Positions 1-10,674 of a stretch of 30,349 nt of DNA are shown piece by piece. Each line of letters opens with the position of its first letter. Positions within the stretch are counted from its first letter, which is position 1. The stretch is taken from the NCBI GenBank assembly GCA_031425425.1, contig JANPJI010000734.1:1-30349 (forward strand), written 5' to 3'. The translations under genes were made by a program, and so were the position numbers. Under the pieces are notes generated by a model. It saw nothing but the letters and a program-made list of their open reading frames with translations. It was not told where the DNA came from and ran no database searches. The stretch comes from Rubricoccaceae bacterium (GTDB lineage Bacteria > Bacteroidota > Rhodothermia > Rhodothermales > Rubricoccaceae).

Positions 1-2997
1 GCCCGCGCCGAGGCCGCCGCCGAGGCCGCCGAGCGCGCCGCCCTGCTCGACCTGCTCGACCGCCGCGCCGACGCCCACGCGCACGCCGTCGAAGCTGCCC
101 GACACGCCGATGCCTTCCCGGCCCCGATGGCGAACGTCGCCCGGGACACGCTCTCGCGGTACGAAGCCCTCGCCGCCGATGCACGCGCGGCGGCCGACGC
201 CGCCGAGGCGTCCGGCCAGACGGCTGCCGAGGCCGCCGCTGCCCTCCTCGCCCACCCGTGGGCGACGTCCGACGCTCCGTCTCCGACCGAACTTGCCGCC
301 CGCGTCCGGGCGCTCGACGAGGCGGCGCGGGCCGTGACGGACGCCGAGCGCGACCGCGCGAGCGCGCAGGCGCAGGCCGACCACGCCGCCGAAGCGCTCC
401 GCGATGCGGGCGCGCCGGACGGCCTCGCGCTCGCGCCGGACGCCCTCGAACGGGTCGCCGACCTCGCCGCCGAGGCCGGCCGCACCCGCGCCGCTGCCGA
501 TGAGATGGCCGCCCGCGTCCAGGTCCTCAAGGCCCACCACAACCGCATCCAGCCCGTCGACGCCGACGCGCTCCGCCGCGGCGTCGAGGCGCTCCGGACG
601 TGGCTCGCCTACACCACGGACGCCGCGCCGGCTGCGCCGCGCCTCGCGCCGGGTCCGGTGTGGATCGTCGCGGCCGTGCTTGCGGTCGTCGCCCTCGCCG
701 TTGGCGTGCTCGCCAGTCCGTGGGCGCTGCTGTTGCTGCTCGGCAGCGCCGGGCTGGCGTGGGTCGCATACACGCTCGCGCAGCCGCTCCCGGCCCGCGA
801 GAACCCCGCCGAGCGTGCCCGCGAAGCGTACGGCATCCTCCGGCTGGACCTGCCCGCCGAGTGGACGCCCGCGCACGTCGAGCAGACGCTCCAGACGCTC
901 GACCGACAGGCGGCCAGCCAGGACGTCCGCCGCCTGTGGCGCGAGCGGATCGACGAGGTCGAGCGCACCATCGGGGACCTTGCGGACGCCGTGGCGGACG
1001 TCGAGGCGCGCGAGAAAGAACTCTCGGTGGGGCTCGGGCTGCGCGTCCCGCGCGGGGCTGAGGGGCTCCTCGTGCTCACGCACCAGGTCGTCGCCTGGCA
1101 CGCCGCAGATGGTGCCCGAGCCGCGTCCGAGGGCACGCTTGCCGCGGCGCGCACGGCGCGAGACGCCGCCCTCGCTGCTGTCAACGCGCTCCTCGGGGGC
1201 GTCCCGCTCGCGCCGGCCCGCGACGCCGCCGAAGCCGCTGCGGCCGTGACGGCCGTCGCTCAGGGCGTCGCGGCGCGCGACGGGCTCCGCCGCGCCTCCG
1301 CCGTCGCCAACGCGGACGCCGACGGAGCGTCGGCCGCCCACCGCACGGCGGAGGCGGCCCGCGATGCTCTGCTGGCGCGGCTCGGACTTGACAACCCCGA
1401 CGTCGCGGCCGTCGCCCACCTCTGCAGCGCGTTCGACGCCTACCACGACGCCCGGACGGCCGCCGCCGCCGCCGCCGCTCTCGCCGACGTGGCGGACCGC
1501 AGCGCCCGCGCGCACCCTGTCTTCCGCGAGGCGCTGCTCGCCCTCGCGCCGTCCGAGATCGCGCTCCGTCGTGACGAGGCGCGGCTCGTAGCGGCGGGCC
1601 GCGACGCCCACCTCGACGCCGCCGCCCGCACGCGCGAACGCGTGGACCAGGCCCGCGCCTCGGACGCGCTCGCCGCCGCCACGGCCCGCCACGGGGCCGC
1701 CCTCGACGCCCTCGGCACCGACTACGACGCTACGGCCGACGCGCTCGTCGGCGACGCGCTCGCCGGGTTCGTCGAGGACGACACGCGCGATCAGCACCTC
1801 CCGCGCGTCTTCCAGCGCGCCCGCGACCTCCTCGCCGCGATCACTGCGGACCGCTACCGGCTCGACTTCGACGCCGCGACGGGCGCGTTCCGCGCCTTCG
1901 ACACGGCGCAGGACCGCAGCCTCGCCCTCGACGCGCTCTCCGGCGGGACGCGCCTCCAGTTGCTGCTCGCCGTCCGCCTCGCCTTCGCCGAGGTCCAGGA
2001 GGTCGGCTTCCGCCTACCAATCCTTATCGACGAGGCGCTCGCGACGAGCGACGACGAGCGCGCCGGGTCCATCGTGGACGCCGTCCTGGGCGTCTGCCGC
2101 GGCGCGGGCGGTGAGAGCGGACGCCAGGTCGTCGTGTTCACGTCGCAGGCCGAGGAGGCCGCCCGGTGGGTCCGCCACGCCGACGCCCACGCCGGCCTCG
2201 ACTGCCGCGTGGTCGCCCTTCCGGGCGTCCCCGCGATCGCAGACCTCGGTGCCGCCCCGTCCGAGCGGACCACCCGGACGGTCCCGGCCCCGGCCGGACA
2301 CACGTCCGAGACCTACGCGCGGGCGACGAACGCCGCAGCGTGGACCGCCCGCGACCCGCTGGCCGCCCTTCCGGTGGCGCTTCTTCTGGAGCCCGAGGCG
2401 GCCCACGCCTGCCTCCGCGCGGGCGTCGACACGTGGGGGCCGCTCCGTGCGGCGATCCGCCGGGGCGCGGCCGGCGGCGGCACGTCGGTCCCGCTTTCCG
2501 AGCCCGAGACGCGCCGCCTGCTCGCCCGCGTCGGTGCCATCGACGCATGGCAGCAGGCGTGGCTCGTCGGCCGCGGCCGGCCTGTCGGCCGCGACGTGCT
2601 CGCCGCCTCAGGTGCCGTCGGGCCGACGTTCCTCGCCGAGATCGGTGCCCTGTGCGACATCGCCGACGGCGACGCACGGGCCGTCCTCGATGCCCTGCGG
2701 GAGTCGCCGCCGGCCCACTTCCGCCGCGCCCGCGTCGACGAACTGGAGGCGTACGTCGTCGCCCACGGCTACCTCGCGTCCGAGGCCCCGCTTCCCCCGG
2801 CCGACCTCCGCGCCGCCGTCGCCGCGGTGACGTCCCCGGACGCGCTCGACGACGTCCTCGCGACGCTGGCTCGCCTCCGGACGTACGCTGAATCGCTCGC
2901 CGCGGAGCACGCCGCCGAGCATGAGGCGGAGCACGCGGAGCACGTCGCCTCGGGCGACGGCCACGCCGCCCCCGCCGGCCTGTTCGGCGAGGCGTAG
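1..2997 (+). CDS. YhaN/SbcC-like AAA/ABC-type ATPase with long coiled coil; 5' end lies outside the window
   Basis: The frame is open from base 1. The middle is Ala-rich coiled coil with a hydrophobic hairpin (PVWIVAAVLAVVALAVGVLASPWALLLLLG). The C-terminal ABC half has signature LSGGTRLQLLLAVRLA, Walker B LPILIDEAL and D-loop SDDER. Walker A is presumed upstream of the window. Confidence 0.8.
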   Translation, partial: ARAEAAAEAAERAALLDLLDRRADAHAHAVEAARHADAFPAPMANVARDTLSRYEALAADARAAADAAEASGQTAAEAAAALLAHPWATSDAPSPTELAARVRALDEAARAVTDAERDRASAQAQADHAAEALRDAGAPDGLALAPDALERVADLAAEAGRTRAAADEMAARVQVLKAHHNRIQPVDADALRRGVEALRTWLAYTTDAAPAAPRLAPGPVWIVAAVLAVVALAVGVLASPWALLLLLGSAGLAWVAYTLAQPLPARENPAERAREAYGILRLDLPAEWTPAHVEQTLQTLDRQAASQDVRRLWRERIDEVERTIGDLADAVADVEAREKELSVGLGLRVPRGAEGLLVLTHQVVAWHAADGARAASEGTLAAARTARDAALAAVNALLGGVPLAPARDAAEAAAAVTAVAQGVAARDGLRRASAVANADADGASAAHRTAEAARDALLARLGLDNPDVAAVAHLCSAFDAYHDARTAAAAAAALADVADRSARAHPVFREALLALAPSEIALRRDEARLVAAGRDAHLDAAARTRERVDQARASDALAAATARHGAALDALGTDYDATADALVGDALAGFVEDDTRDQHLPRVFQRARDLLAAITADRYRLDFDAATGAFRAFDTAQDRSLALDALSGGTRLQLLLAVRLAFAEVQEVGFRLPILIDEALATSDDERAGSIVDAVLGVCRGAGGESGRQVVVFTSQAEEAARWVRHADAHAGLDCRVVALPGVPAIADLGAAPSERTTRTVPAPAGHTSETYARATNAAAWTARDPLAALPVALLLEPEAAHACLRAGVDTWGPLRAAIRRGAAGGGTSVPLSEPETRRLLARVGAIDAWQQAWLVGRGRPVGRDVLAASGAVGPTFLAEIGALCDIADGDARAVLDALRESPPAHFRRARVDELEAYVVAHGYLASEAPLPPADLRAAVAAVTSPDALDDVLATLARLRTYAESLAAEHAAEHEAEHAEHVASGDGHAAPAGLFGEA

Positions 2998-3089
2998 CAG
3001 GAGCACCTGCACCCTTGGCACCTGTGCCTCGGCGTCTGCGCCTCTTTGTTCGAGGCGCGACGTTCCAGACCTGCGCACTCCGCTGAATA

Positions 3090-3186
3090 TGTCATCCTGA
3101 ACTCGATTCAGGATCTGTCTTTTCGCGTTTCCTTGCCGAGGCGTAGAAAGGCAAAAGGCAGATCCTGAATCGAGTTCAGGATGACA
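3090..3186. repeat. REP-type doublet (TGTC/CGTC-tagged class): perfect 28-bp inverted repeat whose arms are each palindromic
   Basis: TGTCATCCTGAACTCGATTCAGGATCTG at 3090-3117 has its exact reverse complement at 3159-3186. Each arm contains ATCCTGAA-CTCGA-TTCAGGAT. It is visibly more AT-rich than the flanking DNA and lies between convergent genes. Confidence 0.85.
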
Positions 3187-3256
3187 AGGAGGTTATGTTT
3201 ACGTGGTACACGATGTCTGCGCCTCGGCGGCCGCGCCTCAGCGGCGTCCTGAAACG

Positions 3257-5158
<1,902 letters not shown>

Positions 5159-5224
5159 CGGGAGAGACGTCGGAGGGGAGACCCAAAGATGCCCCCGCCG
5201 CCCACCGCCGAACCACGAAGAAGC

Positions 5225-5406
5225 ACCCGTAGGGGCACAGCACGTCGTGCCCCTGCCGAGCACAGCCCCACCCCGACGCTCCCCGTCCTCCGCGCCCTGC
5301 CGTCCGCGACGTCCCCCGGCCGCAGCGTGTGCCGACATTGGGGCGGCCCGGCTACCGCCGGGGCATCCCGATCGCGAGGGCACACCAGCGGTGTGCCCTT
5401 ACGGGT
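5225..5406. repeat. GTAG-type REP doublet (two hairpins in inverted orientation)
   Basis: Hairpin 1 is AGGGGCAC-N8-GTGCCCCT (5231-5254), preceded by ACCCGT. Hairpin 2 is AGGGCACACC-AGC-GGTGTGCCCT (5377-5399). The outer ends ACCCGTAGGGGCAC (+, 5225-5238) and ACCCGTAAGGGCAC (-, 5406-5393) match at 13 of 14 positions. Confidence 0.7.
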
Positions 5407-5435
5407 TCCGTCTGACCGACCTGTCTCCGTCTCCC

Positions 5436-7672
5436 ATGCGCCTCGTTCTGGTCCTGCTCCTCGCCGCGCCCCTCGCCCGGGCGCAGACGTTCGTCCGCGA
5501 GGCGACGCCGTTCCCGGTCCGCGCCAGGGCCGGCGCGCCGGTCCCGTTTCCCTTCACAGGCGGCTTCTTCGAGCCGCGGCCGTCCTTCGCCGACCTCGAC
5601 GGCGACGGCGACGGCGACCTCGTGCTGAACGTCGGCGGGGCGGGCCTGCAGCTCTTCGAGCGCGTCGGAGCCGGCGCAGGCGGGCAGTACGAGTGGCGCA
5701 CTGACCGCGTGGGCGACATCGAGCCCGGCGGGTGGTCCGCCTTCGGCGACCTCGACCGCGACGGCGACCTCGACCTCGTCACGCGCGGCGAGCCCGGCCG
5801 CGTGCGCTACTACCGCAACGCCGGGACGCGCCAGACGCCCCGGTTCGAACTCGCATCCGCCCTCCTGCCCGCGGCCAACGGCGAGCCCGTCGCCATCGAG
5901 GACTCGTCCATCCCGGACCTCGCCGACGCCGACGGCGACGGCGACCTCGACCTGCTCGCGGGCAAGGCGGACCTCGGCACGATCACGCTCTACCGCAACG
6001 ACGGCACGGACGCGGCCGGCCTGCCGCGCTTCACGTTCGTCACGAGCACCTTCGAGGACATCCAGGTCTACGAGAACAACCCGCAGTGTGGCGGCAACGC
6101 GGGCCCCGGCCTGTTCCCCGGTGCGATGCCCGGCGGGGCGATTCCCGGCAGCGGACCTGCCGCAGCGGCTCCCGCCGAGACCACGCGCCGCCACGGGGCA
6201 ACGCGCTCCGCCTCGCCGACGTCGACGCCGACGGGCGCCCGGAGCTGTTCTGGGGCGACTTCTTCGCGCCGAGCCTCTACTACTTCGGCAACACCGGCAC
6301 GCCCGCCGACCCGGCCTTCACGCTCGTCTCGGACCGTTACCCGGTCGGCCAGCCGCTCACGTCCGGTGGCTACAACGCGTCCGACTTCGGCGATGCGGAC
6401 GGCGACGGTGACCTCGACCTCGTCGTCGGCGTCCAGCGCGGGCTCTGCTTCGACATCCGCAGCGCCGTCGACAACCTGATCTACTTCGACAACACCGGCA
6501 CGGCCGCTGCCCCGGCCTTCCAGCAGCGGACGAACCGCCTCATCGAGTCCGTCGACGTCGGCTCGCGCGCGACCGTCGCTGCGGCGGACCTCGACGGCGA
6601 CGGCGACCTCGACCTGCTCGTCGGCAGCGAGACGGGCCCGGACGCCTCGGGCCGCGCCCGCCTCGCCCTGTACCGCAACACGGGCACCGCCGCGGCACCG
6701 GAGTTCGACCTCATCGACCCGGACTACCTCGGCCTCGCGTACGACTACGGCGGCTACGGGCCGGTCCCCGGCGACCTCGACGGCGACGGCGACCTCGACC
6801 TGCTCGTCGGCGGCTTCAACGGCCGCTTCGCGCTCCTCCGCAACGCCGGCACGCCGACGGCACCGGCCCTCACGCTCGACGCCTCCACGACCGGAAACCC
6901 CGGCTACGAGGGCGTCGACGCGGGCCAGTACGCGCGCGGCGCGCTCGGCGACCTCGACGGCGACGGCGACCTCGACCTGGTCACAGGCGCCTCGAACGGG
7001 CGCGTGCGGCTGTACCGCAATGCCGGCACGGCGCAGACCGCGGACTTCCTCGTCGAGCCCAACGGCGCGCCACAGGCGGCGGACACGGCGTACGCCCGCC
7101 AGATCGGCCTGCCCGACGACGTCGGTGAGGACAGCGCGCCGGCCCTCGCGGACCTCGACGGCGACGGCGACCTCGACTTGCTCGTCGGCACCGCGGCCGG
7201 CGCGATCCACGTCTTCCGCAACACCGGCACGCCCGCCGCACCCGCCTTCGCGGCCGAGACGCCGCTCGTCGTCGGCCGCCGCCGCACGGCCCCGGCCGTG
7301 GCCGACATCGACGGCGACGGCGACGCGGACCTGTTCGCCGGGGCCGACTCGGGCGGACTCCTCTTCTGGCGCGCGTCCGGCGGGACGTCCGGCACCCCCG
7401 GCCCGCCGCGCGGCGAGAGCGGCCTGCGCCTCGATGTCGTCCCGAACCCGTCGTCCGGCTCGGCTCGGCTCGTCGCCAGCGAGGCCGTCCGCGGCGAGGC
7501 TGTCGTGTTCGACGTGCGCGGTCGAGAAGTCCGCCGGGTGCGCCTCGACGGCCGCGAGGCCGAGTGGGACGGGCGCGACGCCACCGGCCGGGTGCTCCCC
7601 GCCGGCGTCTACGTTGTCCGACTCACCGTCGGCACGCAGACCGCGACGGCCCGCTTCACGAGGGTGGGGTAG
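5436..7672 (+). pseudogene. FG-GAP/VCBS-repeat secreted protein with T9SS-type C-terminal (FlgD-Ig-like) domain, split by a 1-nt frameshift near 6192-6201 (or a sequencing error)
   Basis: Signal peptide MRLVLVLLLAAPLARAQ at ATG 5436. There are ten DxDGDGDxD-type motifs: three in the first frame and seven in the second. The join reads ...RRHGA / NALRLADVDADG. The C-terminus is VVPNPSSG...WDGRDATGRVLPAGVYVVRL. Confidence 0.8.
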
Positions 7673-7763
7673 GGAAGAAGGGGCAACGGCCAACGGGCAT
7701 CAGGCATCGGGGGCACACATGCAGCCCGTTCTCCCGATGGCCGTTCCCCGACCCCCGTTGCCC
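7673..7763. repeat. Imperfect inverted repeat built from degenerate ~7-nt units between convergent genes (possible bidirectional terminator)
   Basis: The left half has GGGCAACGG-CCAACGGG-CATCAGG-CATCGGG. The right half has CCCGATG-GCCGTTC-CCCGACC-CCCGTTGCCC, which approximates its reverse complement. Confidence 0.5.
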
Positions 7764-9236
7764 TCAGCGCAGGCGCGCCGTGTAGCGGACGGTCGTCGTC
7801 TCGCCCGCGCCCATCCGGACGCTCCACTTCGCCGTCCGCGCGTCGAGGCGGTCCGGCTGAGCCGGCTGGCCATCCACGGTCGCCGCGGTGATGCGCCAGT
7901 CGCCCCAGAAGGCCCGCTCGACGACGTCGACGTCCGCCGCGGTCTCCTTTCGGTTGCGGACGACGATCTCGACCGTCACCTCGCGCTCGCGGTTCGAGAC
8001 CTGCCGCGCCGAGACCTCCGTGCGCGTCCCGACGACGTCGAACGCGTCGCCGACGTAGAGGCGGAGCGTCTCGCCGCGGGGCGTGTGCTCGATGCGGTCC
8101 TCGCCCAGAAACTGGAGGTTGCCCCGCGCGTCGGCTTTGTACACGCGCACGGTGCCCTCGGGGAGCGGCATGCCCATCCGGTTGGCGTCCGTGTTGTCCA
8201 CCGTCATCACGACGGCCGCCGAGCGCTCCTCGCCCGCCTCGCCCGGCCGGACGGGCCGGTAGAACGGGAAGTAGCTCCCCGAGGCGTCGATGACGAGGCG
8301 CCGGCTCGTGCCGACGGCCTGCGCCGAGAGCAGCTCCATCTGCTTCGTCTCGCGCTCGGCGATGTCGGTCGGGTTCGGAAACGTGTAGAGGTGGTACTCG
8401 AAGAAGGCCTCCTCCTGAGGGGCTGCCTGCGTTGCGACGGCGTCGTACATCGCGCGCTCCGCAGTGGGGGCGTACATCGGCGGCTCGGGCTGGACCCGGC
8501 GGACGTCGCCGGCGATGAGCTGGAGCGCGGCGTTCTGGTAGGACGCGCCGGACTGGTTGTTGAGCGTCACCCAGCCCGTGAGGTCAAGCGCCGTCTCGGC
8601 CTCGTTCACCACGGCCACGTAGTCCGCCTTCCACGAGATGCCCTCGGTGAGGTAGCGCGCCTCGAGGCGCTGCGGGCCTGCCACGTCGGACTGGAGTTGC
8701 CACAGCAGGCTCGGCCGCGACAGGAGTCCCTCGGGGAGCGTCGTCAACTCGATCGTGCCGTCGGGGTCCACGAGCACGCGGCCGTCGTCCAGGCGCACGA
8801 TGCGGCCCTGGCCCGGCTGCGAGATCAGCACACCCTCCTCAGCCACGACGCGGTCGCCGATCTGGCGCACGAGCCGGATCCGCTGGCCGACCGACGCGTC
8901 GAGCACGGACTGCGTCGAGATGAGGTTGTACTGGTAGTTCTGCTCGCGGACGGACACCGAGCCGGGGGCCGAGAGCGACGCCAGCGAGAGGCTCGTCGGG
9001 TCGATCTGCGACGGGACGCCCTCGAAGCGGACCGACACGAGCCCGCGCTGGAGCGGGATCGTGCGGACCTCGCGCACGACCGCAAAGCCTCCGTTGTAAA
9101 CGGTTAGGGAGGTGGATTCCCGGCTCTCGGGCGTCGACACGACGGGTTGGGCACGCGCGGACATGGCGGTGAGGGCGAGGGCAGCGAGAATCGCGGAGCG
9201 CCTCGCGAGACGCACGGCGGAACGGGTGGTGGGCAC
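7764..9236 (-). CDS. DUF4139 (with N-terminal DUF4140-like region) exported protein
   Basis: Signal peptide with an RR pair. Motifs LTVYNGGFAVVRE, EQNYQYNL, YLTEGISWKADY, LDLTGWVTLNNQSGASY, FFEYHLY and LPEGTVRVY are typical of this family. The exact start is uncertain. Confidence 0.8.
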   Translation of the reverse strand: MPTTRSAVRLARRSAILAALALTAMSARAQPVVSTPESRESTSLTVYNGGFAVVREVRTIPLQRGLVSVRFEGVPSQIDPTSLSLASLSAPGSVSVREQNYQYNLISTQSVLDASVGQRIRLVRQIGDRVVAEEGVLISQPGQGRIVRLDDGRVLVDPDGTIELTTLPEGLLSRPSLLWQLQSDVAGPQRLEARYLTEGISWKADYVAVVNEAETALDLTGWVTLNNQSGASYQNAALQLIAGDVRRVQPEPPMYAPTAERAMYDAVATQAAPQEEAFFEYHLYTFPNPTDIAERETKQMELLSAQAVGTSRRLVIDASGSYFPFYRPVRPGEAGEERSAAVVMTVDNTDANRMGMPLPEGTVRVYKADARGNLQFLGEDRIEHTPRGETLRLYVGDAFDVVGTRTEVSARQVSNREREVTVEIVVRNRKETAADVDVVERAFWGDWRITAATVDGQPAQPDRLDARTAKWSVRMGAGETTTVRYTARLR

Positions 9237-9429
9237 AGACAGGGGGGCTGGAGACGCCGGTGAGACGCTCCGGATGGTCCGGTTCGTACGTCCGGTTGCA
9301 ACCGGCTCCGCATCGCTCGCGTTCGTAGATTCGCCGGTACGCTCGTGCCACTCAACTCGATGTTGTCCGGCCAGAACGCGCGCTGTGGAACTTGCGTCCG
9401 AGAAGTGGACTAGGAGTTCACAGAGGCGG

Positions 9430-9461
9430 TTGACCCATTCCGCTCCCGTTCTCTACCTTTG
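9430..9461 (+). promoter_or_regulatory. Bacteroidota-type housekeeping promoter (TTG-N21-TACCTTTG)
   Basis: TTG at 9430-9432 and TACCTTTG at 9454-9461 fit the TTTG-N19-21-TAnnTTTG consensus, 44 nt before ATG 9506. Confidence 0.6.
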
Positions 9462-9505
9462 CGCGGTATCGTCCCCTCCCCCCGTTTCTCCTTTCAGGAC
9501 CCCTC

Positions 9506-10591
9506 ATGCTCAATGTGGCACTCGTAGGCCTGCTCGCCGGCTCGCTGGCGATCGGCGGCGGTGACAACAAGAATCCGCAGTCTGGCGACAAGCCCACTGC
9601 GGACGTCTCTGTCCCCGGCATCTTCACCCAGTCCGTCCTGGCTCCCCCGGCGGTCTCCCCCGAGACGATCCAGGACACCTACGCGTTCGGCATCGCGGCC
9701 CGTCAGTCCCCCATCCGTTTCTGGGCGAACTACGCGCAGGGTGAGGCCGAGTCCTACTGGAACACGGCTGGCGAGACGCCCAGCCCCCAGACTGACATCA
9801 CGATTGCGGGTTCGCAGGGCGTTCTCGTCGCACGCCGCGCCAACTTCGGTGCCGAGCTCGGCCTCCCGGTCGGCCTCTTCGGGTTCGGCCTCGGCGTCGG
9901 CGGCCAGCTCACGCTCGCCCAGAACAAGTTCGACGTCCAGACGGTCGGCCCGGCCGGTCTGCAGAGCATCCGGAGCGATTTCGGCCTCCAGGGCGCGAAG
10001 GTGTACGGCTCGGCCAGCGCCGGCCCGATCAGCCTCCACGGCGGCTACCTGTTCGACCTCGGCACCGAGCGCGAGTTCACGGAGCCGATCCCGGCCCTCG
10101 GCGGTGCTCGTCTGCCCACCACGCTGTCGACCTCTGACGGCCGCGACGCCATTTTCTTCGGTGCGGACTTCGACTACCCGTCGCCGCGCATCCGCCTCTT
10201 CGGCGGCCTGGACTACTACATGCTCCAGGGCATCGAGGACAACACGAACACGGCCTTCAACGAGTCGACAGAGGACGGCGACGACATCATGAACGCCATC
10301 CTCGGCGCGGGTGTCCGCCTGAGCATCTTCGAGATCGGCGCGGCGCTGCAGATCCAGACGCGCCTCAGCAACCCCATCGTCGCTGACATCGGCACGGTGC
10401 GCGGCGTCGGCAGCCACGCCGCGACGGTCGCCCCGTACCTCCGCATTTCGCCCCCGCAGATCCCGGCCTCGATCTTCGTCAAGGGCGCGGTTCAGGAGGA
10501 GTACACCGAGTTCGGCTACGCCCTCGGCGGTGCCAACTCGCCGAAGCCGGCCATTGGCTTCACGGCCGGCCTCACGGTCGGGTTCGAGTAA
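9506..10591 (+). CDS. Hypothetical exported protein, probable outer-membrane beta-barrel
   Basis: Hydrophobic N-terminal signal, many amphipathic Gly/aromatic strands (ISLHGGYLFDLG, IFFGADFDY, IRLFGGLDYY, ILGAGVRLSIFEIGAALQIQ) and a C-terminal strand ending TVGFE. It has its own promoter and terminator. Confidence 0.65.
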   Translation: MLNVALVGLLAGSLAIGGGDNKNPQSGDKPTADVSVPGIFTQSVLAPPAVSPETIQDTYAFGIAARQSPIRFWANYAQGEAESYWNTAGETPSPQTDITIAGSQGVLVARRANFGAELGLPVGLFGFGLGVGGQLTLAQNKFDVQTVGPAGLQSIRSDFGLQGAKVYGSASAGPISLHGGYLFDLGTEREFTEPIPALGGARLPTTLSTSDGRDAIFFGADFDYPSPRIRLFGGLDYYMLQGIEDNTNTAFNESTEDGDDIMNAILGAGVRLSIFEIGAALQIQTRLSNPIVADIGTVRGVGSHAATVAPYLRISPPQIPASIFVKGAVQEEYTEFGYALGGANSPKPAIGFTAGLTVGFE

Positions 10592-10616
10592 GCAGCCGGT
10601 CGTCTGACCGTCTCTG

Positions 10617-10656
10617 AGGGACCGCCCGGCACGTGTCGGGCGGTCCCTTTCGTTTT
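10617..10656 (+). terminator. Rho-independent terminator
   Basis: GGGACCGCCCG (10618-10628) pairs with CGGGCGGTCCC (10637-10647), followed by TTTCGTTTT. Confidence 0.85.
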
Positions 10657-10674
10657 CCACGCTCCCACACGCCC

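Noticed and set aside
3038-3058. Hairpin GCGCCTC-N7-GAGGCGC after the ATPase gene
   Set aside because: The stem is only 7 bp with no U-tract, which is expected by chance at this GC content.
6580-7180. Near-identical ~27-bp repeats spaced about 180-200 bp apart, superficially CRISPR-like
   Set aside because: They are in-frame codons for DLDGDGDLD FG-GAP motifs; the spacing is far too long and there are no cas genes.
9388-9415. GGAACTT...GACTA as an ECF promoter for the barrel gene
   Set aside because: Spacing and -10 match are poor, and a better housekeeping promoter lies just downstream.
10633-10674. Track start of the lipoprotein ORF at 10633
   Set aside because: It falls inside the terminator hairpin; GTG 10675 gives a normal lipoprotein signal.
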